Shown here piece by piece: positions 11,401 to 20,701 of a DNA stretch of 64,000 nucleotides. Location: IMG/VR virus record IMGVR_UViG_3300004369_000005, positions 28,121 through 92,120 of that record. One strand, written 5' to 3'. Origin of the DNA: a virus. Within the stretch, counting starts at the first letter, position 1; every line of letters starts with the position of its first letter. The notes under the pieces were generated by a model that was not told the origin of the DNA, did not search any database, and saw nothing but the letters and a program-made list of their open reading frames with translations. The translations under genes and the position numbers were made by a program.

Positions 11401-14400
11401 TTACCTCCAAACCTTAAATCATGCTCGTATGCCTTGAGGATACTTCTCAGATCTGACTCATAACTAGATCCTTTGGTACTCCAATCTAGTGTTGGGTAGA
11501 TCTCTTTACCGTAACCAACAGATTCCGAGACAATAAAGTCAAGATTTCTTTCGATCTGATTAGCAGAATCTAACCATCTTCCGTTACGCTGGAAAATGTT
11601 TCTGATTTTTCTTAGATACCTGTTATTTGATGCAGTATCTTTGAATGCAAAATATCTGCCATAGAATTGCATTCCTTTGTATGATGTTACATCACCAAGT
11701 CTAGATCCAGTCAGTTTTGTGCTATTACCAAGAGGTGCTTGCGAGAATACAATATCACTTCCATCAATTGTATATGCTACTCCTGGTTCCTGTAAGATTC
11801 CATCTAAAGTAACAAAGATATTATTTACTTTTGCAGGAACAAAAGGATTATCAAAAGAATCTCTTAGTTGGAACCTAGTTGTACCAACGGTTTTGACGTT
11901 TGCTCCAGTATAAGGGGTGTCATTGATGTCAACACCATCGAATGAGTTCTTTGCATACCATGGCTTACCATCGGCAATAACATCATCATAGAATCCAGGA
12001 GTTGGGTTGTATACTCTAATAGTATATGCTCTGAATTCATTGAAATTAAATTCTGAGGATGCAATAGAACCAGGACCTCTTCTGATTCTGTTATTTTCTA
12101 CTTTTTGAATAGACTGAGTGATAACTCTATGTTTGATATCACTAGTAATAGTATTAACTTCTGGATTCCAAAGTTGTATAATAGAAGCCTTGCCAGATCT
12201 AGGCATCTTAGCAGGCATTCTTGTATTAGCATCAGTCTCAATATCAACTTGACCGAACAGTTTGAAACCAGCGGGGTGTGTTGTTGACTTAATTAAGTCT
12301 CTCCACTGATCGATTGGAGTTCTAGACTTGACAACATAGGAATAATCCTGATAGAAGAAACTATCAGTTATTCTCTGTGATCTGTCACTAACTTTACCTC
12401 TAGCAGAAGTATAAAATCCTGCATTGTCGTAAGATGATGTGATATTCTCAGTTAGTGTACTAAAATAGACTGCTTTCACCGCAGCTCTATTAGTTGGATT
12501 GCTAACACTAACAATAGGAAAATTATTTCTTACAATTCCCTGTAGTTGATTGAGTTTTAGTAAATTTGTACCAACTTTAAACTCACCAACTCGTGCTCGG
12601 AAAACTTCTCTTCCTTCTGCATTCGTTTGTGTTACAATCTCTCCTTTTTGGAAGTTACCAATCGGTTCTGTAGGAGATGATCTCTTCAGTGCAATAGTAA
12701 ACTGAGATGTAAAACTAGATGCTACTGTTTTGTCTAAATGGAAGGCACCACCATTGCGAGTAATCTTAATGCTCTGAGGAACACCAATAGTATTACTATC
12801 AACATACAACTCGGCATTAGATTCAATAATCTCTACTGTTGGTTTGTATGTGTATCCTTTTCCTGCATTCTCTACAGCAATAATAGAAATCTTACCATTA
12901 GTTACACTTGGTTTGAATCTAGCACCCTGTCCGTCTCCGTCAGTAATTACAACAACTGGATTTGTGTAATTTGATCCACCTTCTGTTACGGTTATACCAG
13001 TAATAACTTGTACTTTTTCATCAAACTCTACTTCAGCAGTTGCTTTGTATGTTGGAGTGATGTCTACACCAGTAATTACAGGAACTTTCTTATAGTTAAG
13101 ACCAAGATTAGTTACCTTAATAGTATTGATTTCGCCAATAGAGAAAGCACCTTTTGATGTGTACGTAATAACTCCCGATCCATCCCACAGAGGTTTGAAA
13201 GGAACATTGTATACAATTCTTGTAGGTGTTACATAAATTACAGTCTTCTCGCCCTGTAGAGGATCTGTAATAAGTTCTAGATATGCATCATCTGACGTTA
13301 CAACACCATTCTTGTCAAAATAGTAGAATGTTGTAAAATCAGTTCCTACTTTAGTATCATACTGGTTCTCAGCAATCCTAGGACCAAAACCAAATTTAAC
13401 TTCCGTAAACGCTCCTGTATTTCCAGGAAGAATAGTAGATGCAAGTTTTTCTTCTGTAATAAGATTGTATGCTCTACTTGGACTTAAGTCAAAATAAGTT
13501 CCAGTTAGAGATGAGTGTGAAGTATCAAACTTGTAGCGATAAAATTCCTGAATCTGAATATTTGGATTGGGGGTGAATGAAATGTTATCTTCAGAAATTT
13601 CAAACTTGAAGTTAGGAGATTCGACACTAGAAACAGTTACAAGTCTTGCTGGTGTACTACCATCAAAGAACGTGCTGCTATTTTGAATTGAAGTAGCAGT
13701 ATTTCTTTCAATACCATAATTGTAAACCAGGATTACTGATTGAGTGCTTCTATCATAAGTTAATACTTTTCCTGATGTTGATAATCCACCAACTTGGAAG
13801 TTTTCTGGGAAGTTATATTGTGCTTTATATAAAGTTACTATTTGACCGTCATAATGATTCGTATCTACAGAACCTTCAATGCCACGATTGACAGTAATCT
13901 CTGTTGGACTATCAATAGCAGTTACTTCCAGAATCTCGGATCCAATTTTAATCAGATCACCAATTGCGAGACCAGTAGTGCTCTTTAGTACAAGCTTGTT
14001 CTTTCCTTCTGCAAAACCAACGTGATCGACGTAGATGGAAAGTCTGGCAGTGCTTCTAGAAGCAGATGATCTGAAAAGAGATTCATCATCGACAGAAAGA
14101 TAATCACCTTTTCTATATCCAGTTCCTTTATTGGTGATGTCAACAGTAGCGACAGTAGCAGAAACTGTTGCAATAATTTCTAAACCTGTACTAGTTACTA
14201 ATCCAGTCTCATCATCAAACACCTTAATGTAGTCTGGAAGGTCATCATTAGTGATAATAAATGATCCTCCAATATAATTGTATCCAGGTGTTTTTACATA
14301 AACTTTATTGCCTACAATTTGACCGTTATTAATTGTAAAAGATGCAACTAACCCATCACCGTCACCGCCAGAAATTACAACATTATTGTAAACACCATCA

Positions 14401-17400
14401 CGGTATCCAGAGTGAGTTCCTTGGACCTGTAAATCTGATACAACGTTGTTTTTGACAATGATAGTTGCAGTTGCACCAGTTCCAGATCCACCAGTTAGTG
14501 CTACATCAGTATACGTAGCAGGAGCATAATCTGCTCCACCGTTTAGAATTTGGAATGCTCCAATACCAGTATCGGAAATTTCTGATTCATATTCTGGTGT
14601 TTTTAGAACTACATTTTGATATAGTCTCTTTCTAACATAATAGTCCTTTGTCTTGATAGAATCATCTGGTCTAATATCAACCGTGATTTTATCATCAATA
14701 CCAAGACCATGTGGACTTGAAGTCTCAATCAACGCAACACTCTGATTAACCTCAAATGGTTCTAAGTTATCGCTAAGAGAAGTAAGAACTACTGGTTTAG
14801 ATCCAGAAGTGTTAAAGAAGTCAGAAGACTGTAAGAAGTAGTCGCCACCAACTTCTTCTGCAACACCATTACCAGTTGGTTCATTTGCATTAGATGTAAA
14901 TTCTTGTCCTACTTGGAACTGTAATCCAGCACCAATTTGATCCCAATTCGTATCACCAAGTTCTACGATTCTGTATACTTTGTTTGGTAGAATTGAAGTT
15001 GCTGTAATTCTGCCTTGGTTAAGAGGAACCCAGTCACCCTCAGTTACTTTGATTTCTACTGTATTCTGACTGCTAGTTCCATTTAGAATTTCGCCTTTTG
15101 CTACAGCAGGGTTAATACCATCAGTCAAACTGAGGATTGCTCCTTTAGTAAAAGAACTCTTCTGATCGAGTAGAATAAAGAAGGTTTTGATGTCAGCTGA
15201 GAATGTTCCAGTGTTGTCAAATGTACCAATGACATTCTTAAGAACAATTTGATTGTCATTTCTGACTTCACCTACAATAACACCAGATGCATTAGAAGAT
15301 GGTTGTCTTAACGTATCATCTTCAAATAAGTAAGCATTTTGAATTGTAGTTAATTTAACTACTTTATTTTCATAGCTGTCAATATACTCTACAGGTTTTC
15401 CCTTAACAGACTCAACTAGTGCTTCTGCTTGAGATCCATCTGTACCTCTATTATCAAAATATAGTTTTGAATTGACAGAGAATACATCTGCAGATCTTTC
15501 TACAGTGACTCTATCAACTGTGCCTGCTTTTACGCTACCAATCTCTGCAATAACACCTTCGCCATTTCCAGGCATACCCAATTCATTTAATCTTCTAGAT
15601 TTCTTGGGAATGTCATTTTGGTTAATATTTGAATTGTAGTTACTATCTACTGGCAGTGAATAAAAGTTTTGTCCTAGAATGTATGGGAATTGTGGTACTT
15701 GATTGGCATTAATAGTAATGAAATAAGCATAAACTCCTTCTGGGAAATCAGGAGTAACACAAAATCGTCCATTGTTTTCATCTAGCGAACCATTTTTATG
15801 CTTATAGGTATAGTCATTTGTAAATGTACCTAAAGGATATTGATTGATTCCTGGTCCTCCACGTCTGGTGGCGTTAAGAATATAACTAGTTGTCATACGG
15901 GCAATGCCCGAATTATGGTCTAATGGGTCTTGGAAACCATAGGGACCATAGATTGGATTGCCATCATAAGCAAAACCAATAATTGGTGAGTGTCTTAGAG
16001 TTCCAGTTTCTTGGTTATTGGCAGTAATATTGTCATTAAGGGCATATCTAAATGCTTTTGGATTTGCAAATTGACCGTAACCGTATTCATATGAAATATT
16101 GTAATTTTCAAAGACATAACCATTCTGGTCGTCCATTACAGACTTATACTTCTCATATCTGTTGAAATTCCATTCTGTTAATTCAACTTGTGCCTTTGCA
16201 CCTTTTCCAACAGGAAGAATGTCAACTCTTACCGTACTCTGATTATAAAATACACCCTCAGAGTTTTTTTCGAATCCAGTAATTCTTCCATCAACATCAA
16301 TAATAGCAGTAAAGTCTGCAAAACGACCTTTGCCATTTCTATCAGTAATTCTTACAATAGGTGGAGAAGAATAAAACTCACCAGCATTATCAATAATCAA
16401 ACTGGTTACTTTATCGCCAGTTACAACTGCGCGAACAATAGCACCTCTACCAGAAGTTACCTCAATCGTTGGTTCAACAGGAAATACCTTCTGCGAAGTT
16501 ACAGTGTAACTTTCAACAACTGATCCTGATAGATTTGCTTGTACTAAATCAGGAACACCATCAACTAGAACAAATGGTGGTTTGGCATATCCTGAACCTT
16601 GATCTACAACAGATACAGATTCTAAATTTCCATATCTAATACTTTCTTTGTCTTTGTATCCATATAGACGAACACCATTAAGGAGAAGTCCAACTTCTGA
16701 CTTGGGAGTAGCATACTTTTCAGTAGTCTTAATTGCGTTTTTTCTAAGAATACGAAGAAGTTTTTGATCTTTAATTGGTTGGTTATCTAGAATACTTTCC
16801 TTAAAGATTTCATATGATGGAAAGCTAGAAGATGTGATATAATAATATTGTTCGTCTGCAAAAATAGCAGAAACATCAGTTGCAACTGGAGACAGTTGTG
16901 ACTCAATGGTTGGTTTAGTTGGAATCTTGACAGGAAGATTATTATTCAGGATCCATCTATAAATGTTAGATCCAGTCTGAGTGATCTTATTATCGGCAGT
17001 TTGGAAACCAGGAATAGAGATCTGAACCTTATCATTTGGATATGAATAAGGTTGAGCGTCGGTAATCTTGAAATCGTAGACTACACCTAAGGTCAGAAGT
17101 TCTACATCAGCACCTTTGATAATAACTGGTTTGTATACAGATGTACCTACCTCATGGGTATAAGTAACATCACCTCTTTTCTCGATAGTAAATTGAGTTA
17201 CATTTTTGTCATTGAAGGAGATAATTTCTTCTCCAATTAGAATTTTACCTTTTTCCTTCCATCCAACGGTAGAAAATACATTAACTCTTTTTCCAATACC
17301 TGTTGTATTAGAAAGAGTCTTAGTGAGACTAGTTTTTGTGGAAATAGCAAACTCACCAGTTACAGTCTCTGGTGCAAGGACCAGATTGACAATTGCTTCT

Positions 17401-18260
17401 CCATCTGCAGTAATATCGCCAATTACGTTATCTACAGTAGCGGAGACATATCCATACTCTTCTGTCTCTTCTTGTACTACTACTTTACCAATTAGATCGT
17501 TAACGTTGCCACTAACAACCTTTACTTTCAAAGCATAGATATTCGTCCAATCAGACTCAGAAGACTTAAGGGTAAAATCTGTTGGTTTGTATACTTCTGG
17601 TTTTTCCCTGGCATCTTTAGATATGATAGTATTAAAGATGAACTTGATAGAACTATCAGTACCTTTTGCCTTATAGAACTTATCAATGTTCTTGATAAGA
17701 GTTCTTTTATCAACTTCACCTTTTAGATACTTTTCTGGGAAAGAACCTAAGTATTGAGATTCAAAATTCTTGACAAATGCATACAGGAAAAGGTTACTAA
17801 TATTGTAAACCTTTACACCATAGTTATGACTTGCTGCATTTGTGCTTGTAAAAGTAGTAGACTCATACAAGTCACCTAATGATGTATTGCCACTTACTCC
17901 TCTATGGCAATTTTTAAATTCAGTTTCTGTTCTTTTTTCATAGAAAATAATCTCATCATTAATTCTGATGTAACCATTCTTCTCTGGGAATGAAGTTGCA
18001 TCATCAACAACGATGATTGTTTCAGTAGCATTAACTGTTACTGATAGTTCTGTGTACTGCTTTAGAAGACGTTTCTCATAATAATCAATATCAGCATACT
18101 TTTGGATATTGTTAATAATATCCAAGGTGCCGCCTTGCACTTCCTGTGCTTCATAATACTTCTCTACAAACTTACTAAACAGTTCGTATTCTGAAGAAAT
18201 GAATTCAGGAAGCTGCGACTCAATTAGAGTTGAAATTCTCTTAGTCTTTACAGCAGGCAT
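5493..18260 (-). CDS. gp7: giant baseplate wedge initiator gp7 (4255 aa) with phycobiliprotein-like inserts and C-terminal 63-aa repeats
   Basis: N-terminus ISTLIESQLPEFISSEYELFSKFVEKYYE; YHYH-like HSPIIGFAYDGNPIYGPYG segment; ITDSFFYQDYSYVVKS...HPAGFKLFG motif; located between gp6 and gp8. Confidence 0.85.
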   Translation of the reverse strand: MPAVKTKRISTLIESQLPEFISSEYELFSKFVEKYYEAQEVQGGTLDIINNIQKYADIDYYEKRLLKQYTELSVTVNATETIIVVDDATSFPEKNGYIRINDEIIFYEKRTETEFKNCHRGVSGNTSLGDLYESTTFTSTNAASHNYGVKVYNISNLFLYAFVKNFESQYLGSFPEKYLKGEVDKRTLIKNIDKFYKAKGTDSSIKFIFNTIISKDAREKPEVYKPTDFTLKSSESDWTNIYALKVKVVSGNVNDLIGKVVVQEETEEYGYVSATVDNVIGDITADGEAIVNLVLAPETVTGEFAISTKTSLTKTLSNTTGIGKRVNVFSTVGWKEKGKILIGEEIISFNDKNVTQFTIEKRGDVTYTHEVGTSVYKPVIIKGADVELLTLGVVYDFKITDAQPYSYPNDKVQISIPGFQTADNKITQTGSNIYRWILNNNLPVKIPTKPTIESQLSPVATDVSAIFADEQYYYITSSSFPSYEIFKESILDNQPIKDQKLLRILRKNAIKTTEKYATPKSEVGLLLNGVRLYGYKDKESIRYGNLESVSVVDQGSGYAKPPFVLVDGVPDLVQANLSGSVVESYTVTSQKVFPVEPTIEVTSGRGAIVRAVVTGDKVTSLIIDNAGEFYSSPPIVRITDRNGKGRFADFTAIIDVDGRITGFEKNSEGVFYNQSTVRVDILPVGKGAKAQVELTEWNFNRYEKYKSVMDDQNGYVFENYNISYEYGYGQFANPKAFRYALNDNITANNQETGTLRHSPIIGFAYDGNPIYGPYGFQDPLDHNSGIARMTTSYILNATRRGGPGINQYPLGTFTNDYTYKHKNGSLDENNGRFCVTPDFPEGVYAYFITINANQVPQFPYILGQNFYSLPVDSNYNSNINQNDIPKKSRRLNELGMPGNGEGVIAEIGSVKAGTVDRVTVERSADVFSVNSKLYFDNRGTDGSQAEALVESVKGKPVEYIDSYENKVVKLTTIQNAYLFEDDTLRQPSSNASGVIVGEVRNDNQIVLKNVIGTFDNTGTFSADIKTFFILLDQKSSFTKGAILSLTDGINPAVAKGEILNGTSSQNTVEIKVTEGDWVPLNQGRITATSILPNKVYRIVELGDTNWDQIGAGLQFQVGQEFTSNANEPTGNGVAEEVGGDYFLQSSDFFNTSGSKPVVLTSLSDNLEPFEVNQSVALIETSSPHGLGIDDKITVDIRPDDSIKTKDYYVRKRLYQNVVLKTPEYESEISDTGIGAFQILNGGADYAPATYTDVALTGGSGTGATATIIVKNNVVSDLQVQGTHSGYRDGVYNNVVISGGDGDGLVASFTINNGQIVGNKVYVKTPGYNYIGGSFIITNDDLPDYIKVFDDETGLVTSTGLEIIATVSATVATVDITNKGTGYRKGDYLSVDDESLFRSSASRSTARLSIYVDHVGFAEGKNKLVLKSTTGLAIGDLIKIGSEILEVTAIDSPTEITVNRGIEGSVDTNHYDGQIVTLYKAQYNFPENFQVGGLSTSGKVLTYDRSTQSVILVYNYGIERNTATSIQNSSTFFDGSTPARLVTVSSVESPNFKFEISEDNISFTPNPNIQIQEFYRYKFDTSHSSLTGTYFDLSPSRAYNLITEEKLASTILPGNTGAFTEVKFGFGPRIAENQYDTKVGTDFTTFYYFDKNGVVTSDDAYLELITDPLQGEKTVIYVTPTRIVYNVPFKPLWDGSGVITYTSKGAFSIGEINTIKVTNLGLNYKKVPVITGVDITPTYKATAEVEFDEKVQVITGITVTEGGSNYTNPVVVITDGDGQGARFKPSVTNGKISIIAVENAGKGYTYKPTVEIIESNAELYVDSNTIGVPQSIKITRNGGAFHLDKTVASSFTSQFTIALKRSSPTEPIGNFQKGEIVTQTNAEGREVFRARVGEFKVGTNLLKLNQLQGIVRNNFPIVSVSNPTNRAAVKAVYFSTLTENITSSYDNAGFYTSARGKVSDRSQRITDSFFYQDYSYVVKSRTPIDQWRDLIKSTTHPAGFKLFGQVDIETDANTRMPAKMPRSGKASIIQLWNPEVNTITSDIKHRVITQSIQKVENNRIRRGPGSIASSEFNFNEFRAYTIRVYNPTPGFYDDVIADGKPWYAKNSFDGVDINDTPYTGANVKTVGTTRFQLRDSFDNPFVPAKVNNIFVTLDGILQEPGVAYTIDGSDIVFSQAPLGNSTKLTGSRLGDVTSYKGMQFYGRYFAFKDTASNNRYLRKIRNIFQRNGRWLDSANQIERNLDFIVSESVGYGKEIYPTLDWSTKGSSYESDLRSILKAYEHDLRFGGNVKTVDYLSYFNEDNTYDYITDNKESSLDIIRYATNLSKLAIRNWDIVINNVNFIQGSRVLTMADTNKVAVGMLISSGGSFPEGTRIASIDSETQITLTRAALSNSGFGGGGAPAGTTTFDGITDGNAVSPTSTAAVEPGDTFTVDEGDTFSVPPSFSGSDTATFYFSGINTGTFYDAANLIAANKAYLQEEVSATIYNNYTLQTTVEKCARDLGYLIDAIVYHLKFGGTEQVVEFGRLYYTNAGYPYGEVLTSINRSVEETAAAIAAWDLLVEKMTLAMRNSLGAGTYTNIAPVTDPDVAIDSLTPACANVASALSSYIQIVKDILAFGTGYVDATPQNLNSEGNWTSLRVYTNYNIIEDPLLPDSECADVISSVDSLFANVTDILNEESVSRSLPDYVDGETKEFELYWEDGTEVNSEEDEDFFITINAVLQQPKYNATYPGGDAYYIDRTVIPNKIVFDVAPIWDQDFGAKSIGEPTAVERVVGLGVGNYKRLTIDYNLVDGVRSGPFLILDMEDRSVQKIDEKEFLFVFVDGVLQREGYSYTISGPNIYFNVPITEQNDVDMRLLYGRDVGQILNIYDYSPNTYYIQGDITFTLDKSTAFAVQAVNRLARNDDNVSYDSWMRDKRYAGYRAIGSKSNGSSFDAPIGDIIDPYIFSEVGNIVTIKARFIVSQYHELVTSEAFGDRYVVRLASIADASITTNVIINQIDRTITRDETGRIRLADRNGKWNATKLGRSYRKTFLPLNSGDTIRVDGESAFRKISALPSIVTSKDYSNSIPSNNSIFGIVGVEAYNGSTEGTGLSVVPIMETVEDENGNQVLTGRIARLEWNQRNYNPNTQPTAYQYYTPPIIQFIPEDGNGGGAQAEVLTLGGHILSVDLINPGSGYTSAPKTVVARGYDILVERDIAVSLVTIGIQPKLDANIKTIASEISIASLPVPLAFSTSAIIAESPRAVFKSLTAIIQVEGDDNLKKDLDCRVVQPLTKFTDSKNKKVQTYLIDMFLGQNEYVSIASTRTPFVKSVSITQTSRKLTTQSQKRIFNDSLGNFNYYETGAYLDLDMTATDTVAYIADTSKFETNGYLMIGDEVVRYYRKLTDRFLNLQRGVDGTTAKPWLAGTFLKQIPKKVEVVSGGVAAIQSVAAVKIKQVDSEVKFNEDNEFAKWFEPRPVSVEQKATLNERVITAQIQSVQAIDSLSYVTAKTQRKTDVGARKVIGLFSTLDFDRTIIRGELQRQNIFFPAPVVTQTVVTAAAHKAITTEVTLLNVFSESVTVKPYASFEKLDSLAWKETLIEQDIKKEAVVPDVKITQIYAKATVRPTVSSTSQISIISDAISIAPRDSFSAIETLAWKETLVKRDIKKEAIQIVDWKVTQTIIKEQVTPSIVSTNTTFLASTEAITTRPSETFVSIDSLTHYTQPDRLEIQKANINLYDWRVEQTIVKATLRPSIVFTSTSVTEAIATSIAPRDSFSAIETLARKETLVKRDIKKDAVQIVDWKIAKTIIKSQVGPSITSTNRIDIISEALSIAPKDSIASFGEMYAIKQPDRLEIQKADINLVDWKVTQTIVKAQVAPTVTSTSHISIISDALSIAPKDSIASFNSLSVGATEIKADIKKDAVQIVDWKIAKTIIKSQVRPTVIATVQANIVTESGGAAGAGAINSEARFESLTRDNIEIKVDIKKSAVRLADWKVSHKQIRSSLAPTISSVSASSIEANAITTRPQETGIFADSVVRTTVNHVEELHHISIHHEVVHNGPTELLRIHPGSGVVDGFVESIFLSDPVPTRDGGFVDITDDHDVLTRDGDLIDVINQLFGSSGSGDYLGNYTTGNAGPTLRNWNYVGYDDGSANASGVSIERFSALFPQMTLADFEDRPNSSYTINGDYFNLANPSIQNAIAITSQNGLISGTISVNNSGDPGAEPTKYFLDSGYLFTSGGSIIQYTSKTGTTFDGCTVYSGPTTISAGDEMINIEVD
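6250..7560 (-). repeat. about 7 tandem ~63-aa (~189 bp) repeats in the gp7 C-terminal region
   Basis: Recurring DIKKxAxQIVDWKxxxTIIKxQVxPxxxST...SIAPxDS; identical DNA blocks at 6535-6578 and 6913-6956. Confidence 0.9.
10240..11590 (-). other. two nested phycobiliprotein-like domains within gp7
   Basis: FYDAANLIAANK...EKCARDLGYLIDAIVYHLKFGGT...PACANVASAL, nested inside WLDSANQIERN...YESDLRSILKAYEHDLRFGGN...SECADVISSVD. Confidence 0.65.
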
Positions 18261-18264
18261 TTAC

Positions 18265-20061
18265 TTACTCTTTGTATGCAGTGAATGAGGAATTGGCAAC
18301 GTCAACATCCAAGTAAACCTCACGGAGTGCCTGAATATCATTAGAAAGTGGTTTTACACGAACAGAGATTCTATTATCAAAGAAACTACCTTTGATGATA
18401 GTCAAATTATAAAGTTTGAGTTCACCTTTATCATAATCAATATCACCGACTTCCTTGTCTAGAAGGACTTTTTCACCTGTTGCGGTATCTAGTCTATATA
18501 GGACAATTTTGCCATCCCTATCTTCAAGATAGACATCAAACAAAGGATATTCTGTGACTCTAAATCCAGTAGTAGAAAGGGTTGCGCCATCACAATCTTT
18601 ATCAAAAGGATTCTGGTAACAGATTTCGTAATAGAACGTAGAATTTAACTGTGGATAGAAATCCTTCCTCATTGTGACTGTTGTCAAATTAGAGTTAATT
18701 GCTCGGTCTGCATCATCAATTACACCAGTAAATTTACTGTGTCTAAACTTACCGTTAAACTTCTCTGTATTTGATGTATTGATATAATCCTGCACTGTTC
18801 CAATAACTTTGTCGCGAATTTGTGCTGGTGATTGATCTGTTTTATCACCACTGTAATAAATCTTACTTTGTATCTCGACATATAGTACAGATGGGTCTAC
18901 AATCACTGGAGTAACAGAAGCAACCGAATACTTCTTCAACTCATCAATAATTTGCTTTTTAGTAACACTTGTTACATAAGTAGCATCCTTTGGTTTTAGT
19001 ACAATGAATACTTTTCCATACTGAGGAGGATCTGCATCTTCTCCGCCGTAAATAATGATGTCACTAGTAGCAGGATAAATTTTTCTAATAATAGATGAGT
19101 AATCATTTGATGTTACTGCTCTATCCTGTGATCCATATGCCTTAGGAGCATTGAACTTAATCTTGCTAATAGACTCCAGTCCTTCGCCTCCAGAAGCAGC
19201 AATCGTTGAATCAACAGTTACCTCGAAAGCGTTAGGAGAGACCCCTTGTGGGTTCTCCAGGACGCCAGAGAAGACGAATGTGCGTACACCATTGCTCTCT
19301 GGTCCAGAAGTGGTTAGATAGGAAACTTCTATTCTTGATCCATTTTCAAGTTTCTTACCTAGTACACCATCGCCAAAAACTAATTCGTATCTTTCATCCT
19401 CGATCTCGTCTAGAAAGAATACTTTAGAATCTTGATCTACATCTAAAATATTGTCTGCTACTAGATATGGTTCGCTAAACGATCCACCTGTAGGAAATAC
19501 GTTTACTCTTACTGTATTAGTATCAATGTTCTGGTTGTCAAGAATAAATTTCTGTGACTTAAGTGATGTATTAACAGTGTAAGTATTTTTTAAAAGAGTT
19601 CCTTCATACACAGGAACTTCTGTAAAAATTGCTTTTTGATTCGATACTTGTGCCTTTACATCATTAAGAACAACGTATTGATATGTCGTGTTGTCGTATG
19701 ATGCAACAAATCCTGTTCCTTTCTTAAGTAGGAGTTCAGTATCAGTTGTTGGGTTATTGTAATCGACTGTAAAACTAATATAAGCAACAGGAGATGTGAT
19801 GCTCTTAGGTCTGTAACCTAATTGCTTTGCCAGAGCAACCACATTGTCCCTGAGGGTGGCAGAATCAATGAATAGTTCATTGACTACCATGTTGGTGTTA
19901 AATGCCGTATAATACGTGTTATAGGCAAGTGTGTCGATTAGCGTTGATAACGCAGATCCTTCGAAGTCATAATCAGTAAAGTCCGACTGCGCTCTAAGGT
20001 ATTCCTTCAGAGCAGACTTGATATCTTCAAAGTCTAAATTAGCAACTTGAGTATATGGCAT
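18265..20061 (-). CDS. gp6: baseplate wedge subunit gp6
   Basis: NLDFEDIKSALKEYLRAQSDFTDYDFEGSALSTLIDTLAYNTYY; QDRAVTSNDY; GGEDADPPQYGKVFI. Confidence 0.95.
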   Translation of the reverse strand: MPYTQVANLDFEDIKSALKEYLRAQSDFTDYDFEGSALSTLIDTLAYNTYYTAFNTNMVVNELFIDSATLRDNVVALAKQLGYRPKSITSPVAYISFTVDYNNPTTDTELLLKKGTGFVASYDNTTYQYVVLNDVKAQVSNQKAIFTEVPVYEGTLLKNTYTVNTSLKSQKFILDNQNIDTNTVRVNVFPTGGSFSEPYLVADNILDVDQDSKVFFLDEIEDERYELVFGDGVLGKKLENGSRIEVSYLTTSGPESNGVRTFVFSGVLENPQGVSPNAFEVTVDSTIAASGGEGLESISKIKFNAPKAYGSQDRAVTSNDYSSIIRKIYPATSDIIIYGGEDADPPQYGKVFIVLKPKDATYVTSVTKKQIIDELKKYSVASVTPVIVDPSVLYVEIQSKIYYSGDKTDQSPAQIRDKVIGTVQDYINTSNTEKFNGKFRHSKFTGVIDDADRAINSNLTTVTMRKDFYPQLNSTFYYEICYQNPFDKDCDGATLSTTGFRVTEYPLFDVYLEDRDGKIVLYRLDTATGEKVLLDKEVGDIDYDKGELKLYNLTIIKGSFFDNRISVRVKPLSNDIQALREVYLDVDVANSSFTAYKE

Positions 20062-20453
20062 TATCGAGTACGCTCTAGGAAGAATTCTACATTTACGGGT
20101 GCATCATCCCTGCCTACGATATAATAACTTAACTCAATATCATATCCGTTATCCTCATCGTTTGGAATACAACGGATAGTGTCAACGGTAATCCTAGGTT
20201 CATACTTAGCAAGACAATTGGAAATCTCACCTCTGATGAGACCAGCACTACCATAGTCTAGTGGTTCGAACAACATTCTAGAAATGTTCGATCCTAGATC
20301 AGGACGAAATGGACGTTCTCCCTTCACAGTAAGAAGCAAAGCAGTGATCGATTGAGCGATAGCTGCTTTATCCTTCACTGTTACCAAATCATCGGAAACA
20401 GGATGCTTCTTAAATGTAACACTCAAATCTTTGAATGTCTGAAAGGAAGGCAT
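20061..20453 (-). CDS. gp25: baseplate wedge subunit gp25
   Basis: FKDLSVTFKKHP; LLLTVKGERPFRPDLGS; KYEPRI. Confidence 0.95.
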   Translation of the reverse strand: MPSFQTFKDLSVTFKKHPVSDDLVTVKDKAAIAQSITALLLTVKGERPFRPDLGSNISRMLFEPLDYGSAGLIRGEISNCLAKYEPRITVDTIRCIPNDEDNGYDIELSYYIVGRDDAPVNVEFFLERTR

Positions 20454-20476
20454 TTAGACACAGCACGGGATGTCTT

Positions 20477-20483
20477 TATTTAT
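20477..20483 (-). promoter_or_regulatory. late promoter (ATAAATA) upstream of gp25
   Basis: TATTTAT on the + strand about 24 nt upstream of the gp25 ATG. Confidence 0.6.
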
Positions 20484-20699
20484 TCACTCGTGCCAACGCT
20501 CTACAAAATCATCAAAACCACCCGCTCCTCCACAAGGACGCTCAAGGCGGTCTTCGGGAAGTGGATATAGTTCTTCCTTCATCTTTGATCTACGACGCTT
20601 TGCAGCGGCATCTAGAAGGCGATCACTGTCAGTTTCAGTGATGAGTGTCATACCTTCCTCAATAAATTCTTCGCTTTTGTCTACAGGAAATAATCCCAT
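20484..20699 (-). CDS. hypothetical cyanophage protein
   Basis: ORF track 20484..20735; probable start MGLFPVDKSEEF at 20699, just after the upstream stop. Confidence 0.65.
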   Translation of the reverse strand: MGLFPVDKSEEFIEEGMTLITETDSDRLLDAAAKRRRSKMKEELYPLPEDRLERPCGGAGGFDDFVERWHE

Positions 20700-20701
20700 G
20701 T

